Part shown: positions 1 to 11,066 of the stretch, piece after piece
Numbering within the stretch: position 1 is the first letter of the stretch
Layout of the letters: each line of letters begins with the position of its first letter
NCBI GenBank assembly: GCA_963787445.1
Contig: CAWBCT010000005.1
Coordinates: 64,001-128,000 of the forward strand
Source of the DNA: an uncultured archaeon
GTDB taxonomy: Archaea > Micrarchaeota > Micrarchaeia > Micrarchaeales > CABMGC01
Reading direction: 5' to 3'
DNA: 64,000 nucleotides
The notes under the pieces: model-generated
What the model was told of the DNA's origin: nothing
Databases searched by the model: none
The model's input: only the letters and a program-made list of their open reading frames with translations
Program-made: the position numbers and the translations under genes

Positions 1-726
1 CGCGATCGCGCCGATCGCCATTTCGTCGTTATGGGCATAGACGATGGTTGCGTCGGCATGGGCCTGGAGCAAAGTCTCGGCCACCTGGCGGCCCTTGTCG
101 CGGGCGAAGTCGCCGGACTGGCTGGCGAGGAGGACCATATCGGGGGCCTTCGCCTTGATCGTGTCGTCGAAACCTTTCTTGCGGTCGTTGGCGGGCGACG
201 CGCCGACGGTGCCCTCGAGCTCGATGATCTTGCCCTTGCCGCCGGTCTTGGCGATCGTCCATTCGGCGACGCGCTGGCCCTCGAGAATGAAGTTGGAGCC
301 GACAAACGCGAGGTAGTCCTCGCCGGCCTTGGCCAGCGACGGATCGACGGAACGATCGATCAGGAGCACGGGGATGCCGGCCTTCTTGGCCGCCATCACC
401 GCGGGAATCAGCGGCTTCTCCTCGCGCGGCGCCAGGAAGATGAAGTCGACGCCCTGAGCGATCATGCTGTTGACGTCGGCGACCTGCTTGGCCGCCGAGC
501 CTGCGGCGTCGGTGTAGACGAGCTGGCAATTCCGCTTCTTGGCTTCGTCCTGCATGCTGGCGGTTTGCGCCAGGCGCCAAGGATTGTTGCTTTCGGTCTG
601 CGCGAAGCCGACCTTGTAGGTGTCTTTCTTCTTCAACGGCGGCACGGCGCCGAACGCCGGCAACACCGCCATGCCGACCGCGCCTGCGGCCGAACTGACG
701 AGCAAAGTGCGACGGGTGATCAACAT
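1..726 (-). CDS. Sugar ABC transporter periplasmic binding protein (YtfQ/RbsB-like), 3' partial, with Tat-like signal
   Basis: Manual translation from ATG 726 (GGGAGG RBS upstream): MLITRRTLL...KVGFAQTESNNPWR...IDRSV...YAHNDEMAIGAIA. The frame stays open to the window edge. Not in the ORF track because it has no stop. Confidence 0.9.
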   Translation of the reverse strand, partial: MLITRRTLLVSSAAGAVGMAVLPAFGAVPPLKKKDTYKVGFAQTESNNPWRLAQTASMQDEAKKRNCQLVYTDAAGSAAKQVADVNSMIAQGVDFIFLAPREEKPLIPAVMAAKKAGIPVLLIDRSVDPSLAKAGEDYLAFVGSNFILEGQRVAEWTIAKTGGKGKIIELEGTVGASPANDRKKGFDDTIKAKAPDMVLLASQSGDFARDKGRQVAETLLQAHADATIVYAHNDEMAIGAIA

Positions 727-983
727 CTTATGGTCCTCCCAGTTGCATTGTGGATCGCGTGTGGGCGCCGATAGACCCCGTGGGATCGGAACCGGATACG
801 CGTGGCGTTTTCTTTGGATCGGCTTCGGTAGGCGCCCCCACACTCCGAGCTTCCAACTATGGTCCCACCGATGATAATATTTGTCAATCGGACTTCGGCG
901 GCGCGCTGGCAGAGGGAGCACGAATGCAATTTATTTTGTTACATTTCAATGGTCTATTTTGCTAATAATATGCGCAACAAATA

Positions 984-2085
984 GTGGCAATGGAAACCAA
1001 CAGTGCGAGCAAAGGTAGATCGGTGAAAAACTCGGCGGGTGCCGGCGGAACCGCCGGGCGAGCGGGTTCGAAGCGCCCACGCCCAACGCGACGGCCGACC
1101 ATGACCGATGTCGCCAACGAGGCTGGCGTGTCGCAGACCACGGTCTCGCTGGTGCTCAACCATGCGGACGGCGCGCGGCTCTCGGCGCAGACACGCGAGC
1201 GGGTGGTCAGGGCGGCCAAGAAGGTCGGCTACCGACTTGCCCGCCGCGGCCCGGGAACCGGCACGGAAGGCGCCGCCGTCGGTTTCCTGTGCGACGAGAT
1301 TTCCACCGATCCCTGGACCGCGATCGGACTCGACGGAGTCCGCGAGAAGGCCTGGGAGCATGGGCTGACGGTCAGCGTCGCCGTCACCCGCGGCGACGAG
1401 GAGATGGAACGCGAGGTGCTGGCCCAGATGGCGAATCAGCCCCTGGTCGGGCTGATCTACGCCACGATCAACACCCGCGAGGTTTCGCCGCCGGCCATAT
1501 TGGAGCGCATCCCGACGGTGCTGCTGAACTGCTATGTCGCCGACCGCTCGCTGCCCTCGGTGGTGCCGGGCGAAGTCGGGGGGCGGACACGCCGCCACCG
1601 ATTTCCTGCTGCGCGCCGGCCACCGGCGGATCGGCTTCATCAACGGCGAGCCGCGCATGGACGCGTCGCGCGACCGGTTGAAGGGATATCGCCAGGCACT
1701 GGCCACCGCCGACCTGCCGATCGATCCCGAACTGTTGGTGGCCGGCAACTGGCAACCGGCCTCGGGCTATCAACGCACCCTTGAGCTGATGCGGCTGCCG
1801 ATTCCGCCGACCGCGATCTTCTGCGCCAACGACCTGATGGCGATTGGCTGCTACGAGGCCTTGCGCGAGCTCGGACTGAGAATTCCCGACGATGTCGCGG
1901 TGATGGGCTACGATGACCGCGAGATCGCGCAGCACCTGCACCCGCCGCTGACCACCGTGCTGTTGCCGCATCTCGAAATGGGCGCGCTGGCCGCCGAGCA
2001 ATTGCTGGACCTGTCCGCGCGCTCGATCAATAGGCCGCGGCAGATCAAGGTCGAATGTCCGATCGTCGAGAGAAGTTCGGTTTGA
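984..2085 (+). CDS. LacI-family transcriptional regulator, frameshifted at G6 run 1578-1583
   Basis: HTH PTMTDVANEAGVSQTTVSLVLN lies in ORF 984-1784 and the C-terminal half (GHRRIGFING...PTAIFCANDLMAIG...PPLTTV) in ORF 1534-2085. Removing one G joins them as EVGGGHAAT. Confidence 0.9.
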
Positions 2086-2113
2086 ACCGATAAAACGACA
2101 GGGGGAAAACCCA

Positions 2114-2677
2114 ATGGCCGAATCGCTTGCCACTTTGTCCAAGGGCGCGCTCGCGGATTTGAGCGGCGTGTTCGCCCGGCTGCCCGAGGATGCGGCCAAC
2201 TCGTTAATCGAGGCCATCGTGGCCGCCAATCGCATCGTGCTGTTCGGCCTCGGCCGCGAGGGCCTGCAGATGCACGGCTTCGCGATGCGGCTGTTCCACA
2301 TGGGCCGCAACGTATCGGTTTGGGCCGACATGACGACGCCGCCCGTGGGGCCGGGCGATCTGCTGTTCGTCTCGGCCGGACCCGGCGATCTGGCGATGGC
2401 GGAAACGCTCGTGAAAATCGCGCGCAAGGCCGGGGCCAGGACGGCGCTGGTCACGGCCCAGCCCGGCGGCGGCTTGGCCAAGCTGGTCGATATCGTCACG
2501 GTGATTCCGGCGCAGACCATGGCCGACGATCGCGGCGGCAAATTGTCGGTGCTGCCGATGGGCTCGCTGTTCGAGACCGCGCAGATGATCTTCTTCGAGC
2601 TCGTCATCCTCAAGCTGCGCCCGCGCTTCGCCGAAACATCCGAGACGATGCGCGCGCGGCACACCAATCTTGAGTGA
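2114..2677 (+). CDS. SIS-domain sugar isomerase (6-phospho-3-hexuloisomerase/HxlB-like)
   Basis: Motifs RIVLFGLGREGL...FAMRLFHMG...SAGPG...LPMGSLFE and C-terminal RHTNLE are typical of the PHI family. Confidence 0.85.
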   Translation: MAESLATLSKGALADLSGVFARLPEDAANSLIEAIVAANRIVLFGLGREGLQMHGFAMRLFHMGRNVSVWADMTTPPVGPGDLLFVSAGPGDLAMAETLVKIARKAGARTALVTAQPGGGLAKLVDIVTVIPAQTMADDRGGKLSVLPMGSLFETAQMIFFELVILKLRPRFAETSETMRARHTNLE

Positions 2678-2707
2678 AGCCACCATGTCGGCGGGGACGA
2701 AATGCCG

Positions 2708-2884
2708 TCACGCGTGCGGATAGACCCGCCGGATAGCGCCCACGATATAGACCACCGCGAACACGACCAGCAGGCCGCCGAAGATCTCCATGCCGAGATC
2801 GACCGCCCGTCCGGCGACATAGATGCCGAGCACGGCGAGCAGCGCCGCGACCAACGAAAGAATGCTGTTTGTAGAGTCCCACAT
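2708..2884 (-). CDS. Small two-TM membrane protein (58 aa) downstream of ccoS
   Basis: ATG 2884 with AAGGAG RBS; MWDSTNSILSLVAALLAVLGIYVAGRAVDLGMEIFGGLLVVFAVVYIVGAIRRVYPHA*; GC3-rich codons. Below the size cut-off of the ORF track. Confidence 0.7.
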   Translation of the reverse strand: MWDSTNSILSLVAALLAVLGIYVAGRAVDLGMEIFGGLLVVFAVVYIVGAIRRVYPHA

Positions 2885-2898
2885 ATCGATCTCCTTCC

Positions 2899-3111
2899 TT
2901 AGTGCCGTTCAATCCTGGCCCGCACCGGCCGGGCAATTTCCTTCGGAGCCGGACGGCCGCCAGCGCCTGGGTCCTCGTCGTCGAAGAGAATGCGACTGGC
3001 GGCGCCGTCGAGATCGTCGAACTGACCCGACCGCAATGCCCACATGAAGGCCAGCAGCCCGATCAGCCCGAGCAGCAGCGCCGCGGGAATCAGATAGAGG
3101 AGGATCGTCAT
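2899..3111 (-). CDS. ccoS: cbb3-type oxidase assembly protein CcoS/FixS
   Basis: MTILLYLIPAALLLGLIGLLAFMWALRSGQFDDLDGAASRILFDD; ATGA overlap with the ccoI stop. Confidence 0.93.
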   Translation of the reverse strand: MTILLYLIPAALLLGLIGLLAFMWALRSGQFDDLDGAASRILFDDEDPGAGGRPAPKEIARPVRARIERH

Positions 3112-5516
3112 CGCGACCGCCCGCGCGCCAGGCGCAGCGCATTGACGACGACGACGATCGAGGAACTCGACATGGCGATGGCGGCGACCAGCGGCGTGAC
3201 CAGTCCCAGGATCGCCAGCGGCACGGCGCAGAGATTGTAGAACAATGCGAACGAGATGTTCTGGCGGATCAGCCGCTGACTGGCCCTCGCCACCCGCCAC
3301 GCCTCATGAACCGGCGCAAGGTCGCTTCCCTGGAATACGATATCGGCGGCGGTCTGGCTGATATCGGCGGCCGTCGAGGGCGACAGCGAGACTTCGGCGG
3401 CCGACAGGGCCGGCGCGTCGTTGATCCCGTCGCCGATCATCGCCACGCGCCGATGCTGGCCGCGCAGCTCGGCGATCCGCGCGCATTTCGCCTCCGGCGT
3501 CTGGCCCGCCTGCCACCGCCGAATGCCGGCGGCGCGCGCCACCGCTTCGACCGTGTCCGCGCGATCTCCGGACAGCAGCTCGATCACCAGGCCGGATGCG
3601 GCGAGCGTCGCGATCGTCGCTGCGGTGTCGTTGCGCAATCGGTCGGCGAAAGCGAAGCGAATGGCGGGTTGGCCCGGCCGGGCGAGCCAGAGCTCCGGTC
3701 CCGACGCGCCGAGGGCATCGTCGGCAACTCCGCAGAAATTCCGATTGCCGAGCCGGACTTCCCCTTCGGGCGTGGCCAGCGACAATCCCTGTCCGGGAAT
3801 TTCGGCGACCCCGGTGGCGGCGGGCACGCCCGGCGCCATGCGGCACAATACCCGCGCCAGGGGATGGCGGCTGGATGCGGCGAGGCTGGCGGCGGCGCGC
3901 AAATCCGCGTCGCCGGGCCGCGGTTCGACCGGCTCGAGCCGACCCTCCGTCAGCGTGCCGGTCTTGTCGAACACCATGGTGTCGATGGCGGCGAGGCGCT
4001 CGAGCGCGGTGGCGGATTTGAGCAGGATGCCCCGACGCATCAGCCGGCCGCTGGCCGCCACCTGAACCGCGGGCACCGCCAGCGCCAGGGCACAGGGGCA
4101 GGTAATGATCAGCACGGCGACGGCGTAGAGCAGCGCCTCCTGCCAGGCCGCGCCCACAATGAAGTACCAGCCGAGAAAGGTGAGCAGCGCGGTCAGATGC
4201 ACCACCGGCGCATAGGCGCGCGAGACCCGGTCGGCCAGCGCCACCCAGCGCGTGCGGCCGCGTTCCGCCGCCTCCATCAGGCGCACGATCTCGGCGAGCA
4301 GGGTTCCCTCGCCGGCCGCGGTGACGGCAATTCTGAGCGGCGCCGCGAGATTGATCATGCCGCCGAACACCGCAGCGCCCTCGGTCACCGCCACCGGCAG
4401 CGACTCGCCGGTCACTAAGCTGGCGTCGACCTCCGAGCGTCCATCGATCACAGTGCCGTCGACGCCGATCCGCTCGCCGGCAGCGACCTGGACGATGTCG
4501 CCCGCGGTCACCGACTCCGGCCGCCGGACCTCGATCCCGCCATCGGGCCGCACGACGCGCAGATCGCCGGCGCCCAGCAATATGAGCTGCTCGGCCGCCG
4601 AGCGGACGCGTCCCCGCGCCCGCAGATCGAGATAGCGGCCGATCAGCAGGAAGAAGATCAGCGCCAGGGCGGAATCGAAATAGGCCTCGGGCGCCGAGCG
4701 GATCGTCTGGAACAGGCTCATCCCGGTGGCGAGCAGGATGCCAACGGATATCGGCACATCCATGTTGGTGCGGCCGCCGCGCAAGGCACGCGCCGCCGAA
4801 CGGATGAACGGCTGCGCGGCGTAGGCGATCGCCGGCATGGCGATCAACGCCGACGCCCAATGCAGGAGATCGCGGGTGGCGGCGCCCATGCTGCCGCCGC
4901 CGAACCAGACCGAGACCGAGAGCAGCATGACGTTGCCGGCGGCGAATCCCGCCACCGTGACCGCCCGCAGCAATTGCCGCTCGGCTTGGGGGATCGCGGC
5001 GGCGAGGCAAGCAGGATCATAGGGCAGCACGCGGAAACCCAACCGGGTCAGCTTGCCCACCAGCGCCGGCGCCTCGGCCGCCGCGCCACGCCAGCGCAAC
5101 CGCAGCCGGTGAGTGGTCATGTTGACGCGGCCCTCGATCACGGCGGGTTCACGCGCCAGCACGGTCTCGATCAGCCACACGCAGGCGGCGCATTGCAAGC
5201 CGTCGACCATGAGATTGAGAGTCGCGATGCCGGTCTTGGCGTCGGTGGCGACATAATTCGCATAGCCGATCTCGGCGGCTTCTTCGTCGGGTTTCAGGGG
5301 CCGGAGTTTGGGATCGAGGACACGACGCGCATAGAAGGCGTCGAGCCCCAGCCCCTCGATCATCGCGTGCGCGGCGGCGCAGCCCGCGCAACAATAAGCG
5401 CCCTCACTCCCCGTTCCCAGCGCGCTGCCGCAATGAATGCAGCACCCGTCTTCGCCGGTCCGCGCGCGATCGGGCGGCGTGGCGTCGAGCGTCAGGACGG
5501 AGTCGAATGGGCTCAC
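3108..5516 (-). CDS. ccoI: Cu-translocating P1B-type ATPase CcoI/FixI
   Basis: N-terminal CxHC...CCxGC, HMA-like CAAC, TGES, CPC, DKTGT, HP and GDGIND motifs; sits in the cco operon. Confidence 0.95.
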   Translation of the reverse strand: MSPFDSVLTLDATPPDRARTGEDGCCIHCGSALGTGSEGAYCCAGCAAAHAMIEGLGLDAFYARRVLDPKLRPLKPDEEAAEIGYANYVATDAKTGIATLNLMVDGLQCAACVWLIETVLAREPAVIEGRVNMTTHRLRLRWRGAAAEAPALVGKLTRLGFRVLPYDPACLAAAIPQAERQLLRAVTVAGFAAGNVMLLSVSVWFGGGSMGAATRDLLHWASALIAMPAIAYAAQPFIRSAARALRGGRTNMDVPISVGILLATGMSLFQTIRSAPEAYFDSALALIFFLLIGRYLDLRARGRVRSAAEQLILLGAGDLRVVRPDGGIEVRRPESVTAGDIVQVAAGERIGVDGTVIDGRSEVDASLVTGESLPVAVTEGAAVFGGMINLAAPLRIAVTAAGEGTLLAEIVRLMEAAERGRTRWVALADRVSRAYAPVVHLTALLTFLGWYFIVGAAWQEALLYAVAVLIITCPCALALAVPAVQVAASGRLMRRGILLKSATALERLAAIDTMVFDKTGTLTEGRLEPVEPRPGDADLRAAASLAASSRHPLARVLCRMAPGVPAATGVAEIPGQGLSLATPEGEVRLGNRNFCGVADDALGASGPELWLARPGQPAIRFAFADRLRNDTAATIATLAASGLVIELLSGDRADTVEAVARAAGIRRWQAGQTPEAKCARIAELRGQHRRVAMIGDGINDAPALSAAEVSLSPSTAADISQTAADIVFQGSDLAPVHEAWRVARASQRLIRQNISFALFYNLCAVPLAILGLVTPLVAAIAMSSSSIVVVVNALRLARGRSR

Positions 5517-6028
5517 TTCGGCGGCACCACGATCCGTTGCCCGCCATGCATCACGTCACCATCGCGCTTGGCCGAAAGATAGATGTCCCACTGCCCGGCG
5601 CGCGGCACGCTCACGGACGCGATATACATGCCCTGCCCTTGGGCTACGAATTCCACGGGAATTTGAGCCATTTGCTCGACCGGGCGAATGATTTCCCCGG
5701 TCACCGTGGCGCCGTCGACCGGAGCGCCGCCGGCGTCGCGCAGGGTAATCTCCACCTTGCCACCGACGGCCGGCACGGGATGGAAGGCGATATCCAGGTG
5801 CCAGCCCAGCTTGGCTTCTTTCTCCTCCTGGTCGATCACGCGGTTGTAGGCGATGCCTTCGTTGTAGGCATGATCGGTCGTCAGGCCCGGCCAGCTTTTT
5901 GCCGCGAAGAAGACCAACCCGCCATTCACGGCCACCACCAGCAACATGCCGCCGATGAACGCCCAGGGGATCCAGCGGTAGCTGGGTTTGCGGCGGAGAT
6001 CGTCCGAAAATGCGACGTACTGGGTCAT
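5513..6028 (-). CDS. ccoH: CcoH/FixH accessory protein
   Basis: N-terminal TM (WIPWAFIGGMLLVVAVNG), AYNEGIAYN...LGW, GQWD; lies between ccoG and ccoI. Confidence 0.9.
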   Translation of the reverse strand: MTQYVAFSDDLRRKPSYRWIPWAFIGGMLLVVAVNGGLVFFAAKSWPGLTTDHAYNEGIAYNRVIDQEEKEAKLGWHLDIAFHPVPAVGGKVEITLRDAGGAPVDGATVTGEIIRPVEQMAQIPVEFVAQGQGMYIASVSVPRAGQWDIYLSAKRDGDVMHGGQRIVVPPK

Positions 6029-6030
6029 GA

Positions 6031-7572
6031 TCACTGAATCCGGATTCGGTTGCGGGTGCGATGAAGATCGATTTCGTGTTCGGCGCTCTCGCCGCTGGCA
6101 CGATCGCGCGTCACGAAGGCGATCGAGGTCTCGGCATTGCGGCCCTCGAGGTGAGTGTCGTGCCCGCGTCCGAGTTCGTCATGTGGGACGGTCACATACA
6201 TCCGGTACGAGACGACTCCGTCGGCCGGCGCGGACACCGTCAGCGTATCGGTCTGGCTGCCGGTCCGATCCAGCCCGACCGCGTTGACGCGATAGGCCGA
6301 AAGACCCTTGATGCTCAAGTCGTAGGTCCGAGGTTCGTGGGTCTTGTTGAGGACGCGGATGGTGTAGCCGTTGCGGATATCGCCGCCCGACATCGATACG
6401 AATAGCGGATTGCGCTCGTGCAGGACGGTGACGTCGATATGCGAGCGCAGCAACAGCGCCGCCAACATGATCGCGCCGACCAGGACCAACACGCAGGCGT
6501 AGATGATGGTGCGCGGCCTCACCAGGTGCCACGCCGCCTTGCAGCCGGCCGCCTCGGCCGCCTGGTTGGCGAAGGTGTCGAAGGTGATCAGGTTGCGCGG
6601 CCGGCCGATCTGCGTCATCACCGTGTTGCAGGCGTCGATGCACAGGCCGCAGCCGATGCATTCAAGCTGCGAGCCGTCGCGGATGTCGATGCCGGTGGGA
6701 CAGACCGCGACGCATTTGCCGCAGTCGATGCAGTCGCCGCGATGTTCATGGGCGGCGGCGCCTTTCAGCTTGCCGCGCGGTTCGCCGCGCCAGTTCTCGT
6801 AGGTGACGATCAGCGACTGTTCGTCGAGCATCGCCGATTGGAAGCGCGGCCAGGGGCACATATAGGTGCAGACCTGCTCGCGCGCCCAGCCGGCGAGCAG
6901 ATAGGTGGTCGTGGTGAACAGGCCGATGAAGAAATAGGTCGTCACCGCGGCCTGGCCGGTGAAGATGCGCACGAAGCCGGTGGGCGCGTCCTGGAAATAG
7001 AAAACCCAGGCCCCGCCGGTTGCCGCGGCGATGATCAGCCAGGCGCTATGCTTCGCGGTCCGCTTGAGGAGTTTCGAACCGGAAAGCGGCGCCTTGTCGA
7101 GACGGATGCGCGCATTGCGGTCGCCCTCGATCAGCCGCTCGACCAGCATGAACAGGTCGGTCCAGACGGTCTGCGGGCAGGCGTAGCCGCACCATACCCG
7201 GCCGAATAGGCTGGTGACCAGGAACAAGCCGATCGCGGCCAGGATCAGCAGGCCGGTGACGAAATAGATCTGCTGCGGCCAGATTTCGAGATTGAACAGA
7301 TAGGCGCGCTGATGCGGCAGGTCGATCAGCAGCGCCTGGTGCGGCGCGTTCGGGCCGCGGTCCCAGCGCACCCAGGGCATGAAATAGTAGACGGCGAGGC
7401 ACAGCGCGAGGACCGCCCACTTGATTCGCCGGAAGGTGCCGTCGATGCGCTGCGGATGGACCTTGATCCGGCTGGCGTAGAGCGGCGTCGCCTCGCGCTG
7501 AGCGCGTACCGAGACGATGGCTTCGTCGTCGGCGTCGCTATGTCCGCGAGGCAAGTCCTCCAACACTCCCAT
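6031..7572 (-). CDS. ccoG: CcoG/FixG polyferredoxin (cupric reductase); possible indel near the C-terminus
   Basis: GRVWCGYACPQTVW, CTYMCPWPRFQ, CIDCGKCVAVCPTGIDIR, CIGCGLCIDAC. Confidence 0.95.
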   Translation of the reverse strand: MGVLEDLPRGHSDADDEAIVSVRAQREATPLYASRIKVHPQRIDGTFRRIKWAVLALCLAVYYFMPWVRWDRGPNAPHQALLIDLPHQRAYLFNLEIWPQQIYFVTGLLILAAIGLFLVTSLFGRVWCGYACPQTVWTDLFMLVERLIEGDRNARIRLDKAPLSGSKLLKRTAKHSAWLIIAAATGGAWVFYFQDAPTGFVRIFTGQAAVTTYFFIGLFTTTTYLLAGWAREQVCTYMCPWPRFQSAMLDEQSLIVTYENWRGEPRGKLKGAAAHEHRGDCIDCGKCVAVCPTGIDIRDGSQLECIGCGLCIDACNTVMTQIGRPRNLITFDTFANQAAEAAGCKAAWHLVRPRTIIYACVLVLVGAIMLAALLLRSHIDVTVLHERNPLFVSMSGGDIRNGYTIRVLNKTHEPRTYDLSIKGLSAYRVNAVGLDRTGSQTDTLTVSAPADGVVSYRMYVTVPHDELGRGHDTHLEGRNAETSIAFVTRDRASGESAEHEIDLHRTRNRIRIQ

Positions 7573-7584
7573 GAGGTTCCGGCA

Positions 7585-8454
7585 CTATTTGCCGCCTCCC
7601 AGCGAGTGGACATAGACCGCCAGCATCTTGACGGTGGCGTCGTCGAACCGTTCCGACCAGGCGGGCATGCCCGAGTTGCGTGCGTAGGTGACGGTTTCGA
7701 CGATGGTGGCCTTGTCGCCGCCATAGAGCCAGATGCCATTGTTCAACTGTTTGGCGCCGACCTCGATATTGCCCTGCCCCTTTTCGCCGTGGCACGCGGC
7801 GCAGTTGTCGGCGAACACCTTGGCGCCGCGCTCGGCGGCGGCGGCGTCCGTCGATTTCTTGGTCAGCGACAGGACGAACTCGGCGACGTCGTTGATCTGA
7901 TCGGCCGTGAGGATCTTATCGACGCCGAAGCGCGGCATCGCCGACTGATGCGACTTGTCGTTGCTGTTGCGAATGCCGAAGGCGACCGTCTGGTAGATCT
8001 GATCCAGCGTGCCGCCCCACAGCCAATCGTCGTCGGCGAGGTTGGGGAAGCCCTTCGCGCCGGCACCGCCCGGTCCGTGGCAGGCCGCGCAATTCTCGGC
8101 GAAGATCGCCTTGCCGCCGCCCAGCGCGAAATTCAGGAGATTCGAATCCTTCTCGATATCGGCCAACGCGGACGATTTGATCTTGTCGACCATCGGCGCG
8201 CGGCGGGCATTTTCGGCGGCGACCTTCTCCTCGAGGCCGACGCGGGTCGAATAACCGAGCAACCCGTGGAAATAGCCGGAGAGGCCCGGCCAGGACGGGA
8301 ACAGGACGGAATAGACGATGGCGAACAGGATGCAGGCATAGAACACCTGCAGCCACCATTTCGGCAGCGGCGTGTCGAGCTCCCTGATGCCGTCCCATTC
8401 GTGGCCGCGGATTTCCGTGCCCGAAATGGCATCCTTCTCGATCTTGGTCGGCAT
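7585..8454 (-). CDS. ccoP: cbb3-type cytochrome c oxidase subunit III (diheme)
   Basis: [18 protein letters not shown] and two CAACH heme motifs. Confidence 0.97.
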   Translation of the reverse strand: MPTKIEKDAISGTEIRGHEWDGIRELDTPLPKWWLQVFYACILFAIVYSVLFPSWPGLSGYFHGLLGYSTRVGLEEKVAAENARRAPMVDKIKSSALADIEKDSNLLNFALGGGKAIFAENCAACHGPGGAGAKGFPNLADDDWLWGGTLDQIYQTVAFGIRNSNDKSHQSAMPRFGVDKILTADQINDVAEFVLSLTKKSTDAAAAERGAKVFADNCAACHGEKGQGNIEVGAKQLNNGIWLYGGDKATIVETVTYARNSGMPAWSERFDDATVKMLAVYVHSLGGGK

Positions 8455-8467
8455 GGGTGCGCCTTTC

Positions 8468-8620
8468 CTACTCGTCGTTGCGCAGTGGAATCTGGGCGTC
8501 GCGTTCGAACCGCGCCCGCGACTTGGGCCAATAGGCCCAGGCGGCGATGCCGATGAAAACCAGGACCACCACCACCGTCACGATGGGAGCGACCTGCGTG
8601 TAATAGGTCATCGTGTCCAC
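8468..8620 (-). CDS. ccoQ: cbb3-type oxidase subunit IV
   Basis: Manual translation from GTG with GGAG RBS: [50 protein letters not shown]; lies between ccoO and ccoP. Confidence 0.9.
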   Translation of the reverse strand: MDTMTYYTQVAPIVTVVVVLVFIGIAAWAYWPKSRARFERDAQIPLRNDE

Positions 8621-8629
8621 GGCCGGCTC

Positions 8630-9353
8630 CTATTGTTGCAAGTCTTTGGCGGTGTAGTCGTTGAAGTTGATCAGGGTGCCCAGCATCTGCAGGTAGGCGA
8701 CCAGGGCATCCATTTCGGTGGCGTGCGCGGGATCGCCGGTGGCCGTGCCGATCACCGCCTTGGGATAGCGGCCGATCAGGCCCTTCGAATTCGGCGTCCG
8801 GATTGAGCTGCGCTTCGACATCGGCCTTGGCATTGGCGATCATATCGTCGGAATACGGAACGCCGACGGCACGCAACGTGCGCAGATGCTCGGCGATATC
8901 GGCATAGTCGAGCGGCGTCTCGGCCAGGAAGGCGTAGCGCGGCATGATCGATTCCGGGACGACCGAACGCGGATCGGCCAGATGCGCCACCTGCCAGGCG
9001 CTGGTGAATTTGCCGCCGACGCGGGCCAGATCGGGCCCGTTGCGCTTCGAACCCCATTGGAAGGGGTGATCGAACATGCTCTCGGCGGCCAAGCTATAGT
9101 GGCCGTAGCGCTCGACCTCGTCGCGGAACGGGCGGATCTGCTGGCTGTGGCACAGGTAGCAGCCCTCGCGGATGTAAATGTCGCGGCCGGCGAGTTCGAG
9201 CGGAGAATAGGGCCGCATGCCCTTCACCTTCTCGATGGTCGATTCGATGGTGAACAGCGGAACGATCTGCACCAGACCGCCGATGGCGACAACCACCAGG
9301 GCCAGCACGGCGAGGAGCGTGACGTTCTTTTCGATGGTTTCGTGGCGAATCAT
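8630..9353 (-). CDS. ccoO: cbb3-type oxidase subunit II, frameshifted near 8790
   Basis: [20 protein letters not shown]...[12 protein letters not shown]. The C-terminus [15 protein letters not shown] is in a second frame (ORF 8630-8833). Confidence 0.95.
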
Positions 9354-9363
9354 GATCGCGCCC

Positions 9364-10841
9364 TCACTCTGCCGCGCCGGCGACCGCCGGCCTCGGACGG
9401 CCCACCTCGCTATCGGACACCGGGGCGCTGCCGATCGTGCGCACCAGGTTGTAGATCATGATCAGCATGCCGGAGAAGAACAGGATGCCGCCCAGCGCGC
9501 GGATGATGTAGAAGGGATGCATCGCCGCCACCGTCTCGACGAACGAATATTGCAGGAAGCCGAGATTGTCGTAGGCGCGCCACATCAGCCCTTGCATGAT
9601 CCCGGACACCCACATCGAGGTGATGTAGAGCACGATGCCCATGGTGGCGATCCAGTAGTGCCAGGCCACCAGGCGGAGCGAATAGAGCTGCGAGCGTTTC
9701 CACAGCACCGGACAGAGATGGTAGGCGCGCCGAAGACGATGAAGGCGACCCAGCCGAGCACGCCGGAATGGACATGGCCGATGGTCCAGTCGGTGTAGTG
9801 GCTGAGCGCATTGACCGGGCGGATCGACATGACCGGGCCTTCGAAGGTCGACATGCCGTAGAAGCCGACCGCGGTGACCATGAAACGCAGCACCGGGTCG
9901 TAGCGCAGCTTTTCCCAGGCGCCGGAGAGCGTCATCAGGCCGTTGATCATGCCGCCCCATGACGGCATCCACAGCATGACCGAGAAGATCATCCCCAGCG
10001 TCTGGGTCCAGTCCGGCAGCGCCGTGTAGTGCAAATGGTGCGGGCCGGCCCAGATGTAGAGGAAGATCAGCGACCAGAAATGGACGATCGACAACCGGTA
10101 GGAATAGATCGGCCGCTCGGCGCGCTTGGGCACGAAGTAATACATCATGCCGAGGAAACCGGCGGTGAGGAAGAAGCCGACGGCGTTATGGCCGTACCAC
10201 CATTGCACCATCGCGTCCTGCACGCCGGAAAAGATCGGATAGCTCTTGGTGCCGAACCACGACACCGGTAGCGTCAGGTCGTTGACGATATGCAGCACGG
10301 CGATCGTCATGATGAAGGACAGGTAGAACCAGTTGGCGACATAGATATGCGGTTCGCGGCGCTTCATGATCGTGCCGAAGAAGGCGACGAAGTAGAGCAC
10401 CCAGATCAGGGTCAGCCATAGGTCGGTGTACCATTCGGGCTCGGCATATTCCTTCGACTTGGTGATGCCGAGCACATAGCCCGACGCGGCGAGCACGATG
10501 AACAGCTGGTAGCCCCAGAAGATGAACGCGCCAAGCGCCTCGCCGCCGAACAGACGGGCGCGGCAGGTGCGCTGGACGACGAAGAAGGAGGTGCCGAGCA
10601 GCGCATTGCCGCCGAAGGCGAAGATGCCCGCCGAGGTGTGCACCGGCCGCAGCCGCGCCCAGTTGAACCAGGGTTCGATATTGAGATGGGGAAAGGCGAG
10701 CTCGAGCGCGATATAAACGCCGACGAGAAAGGCAATCAGCCCCCAAAAGATGGTCGCCAGCATGAAGGCGCAAATCACATCGTCGGCATAGGGCTCCGCC
10801 GGCCGCGCCGCGGCCATCGTCATCGTGCCGGTTTCCGCCAT
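9364..10841 (-). CDS. ccoN: cbb3-type oxidase subunit I, frameshifted near 9726
   Basis: [39 protein letters not shown]. The C-terminal part ([17 protein letters not shown]) is in another frame (ORF 9364-9972). Confidence 0.95.
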
Positions 10842-10961
10842 GAAACACCCCCGTGCCGCGTGGACATAATTTCCGCCAATCCGACTTGACCACATCCGCC
10901 TACGGACGGGACGGTGCACCAAATCGACCGAGGCAGGATGGCGGATGGCTTAAGTCCGGCA

Positions 10962-10975
10962 TTGATCTAAATCAA
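10962..10975. promoter_or_regulatory. FNR/FixK box (anaerobox)
   Basis: TTGAT-CTAA-ATCAA is a perfect consensus match, upstream of ccoN and between divergent genes. Confidence 0.9.
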
Positions 10976-11066
10976 AGTGTCATCTCCGGCACGAGACGAC
11001 TTTATCGTTGATATTGAAAAAACTACCGCCCACGAAGGCGCGGCATAATTCGACCGGGAGGAACGC

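Noticed and set aside
872-976. Imperfect palindromes (TGATAATATTTGTCA, TGCTAATAATATGCGCA) as LacI operators
   Set aside because: Plausible position but too degenerate to call without comparative data.
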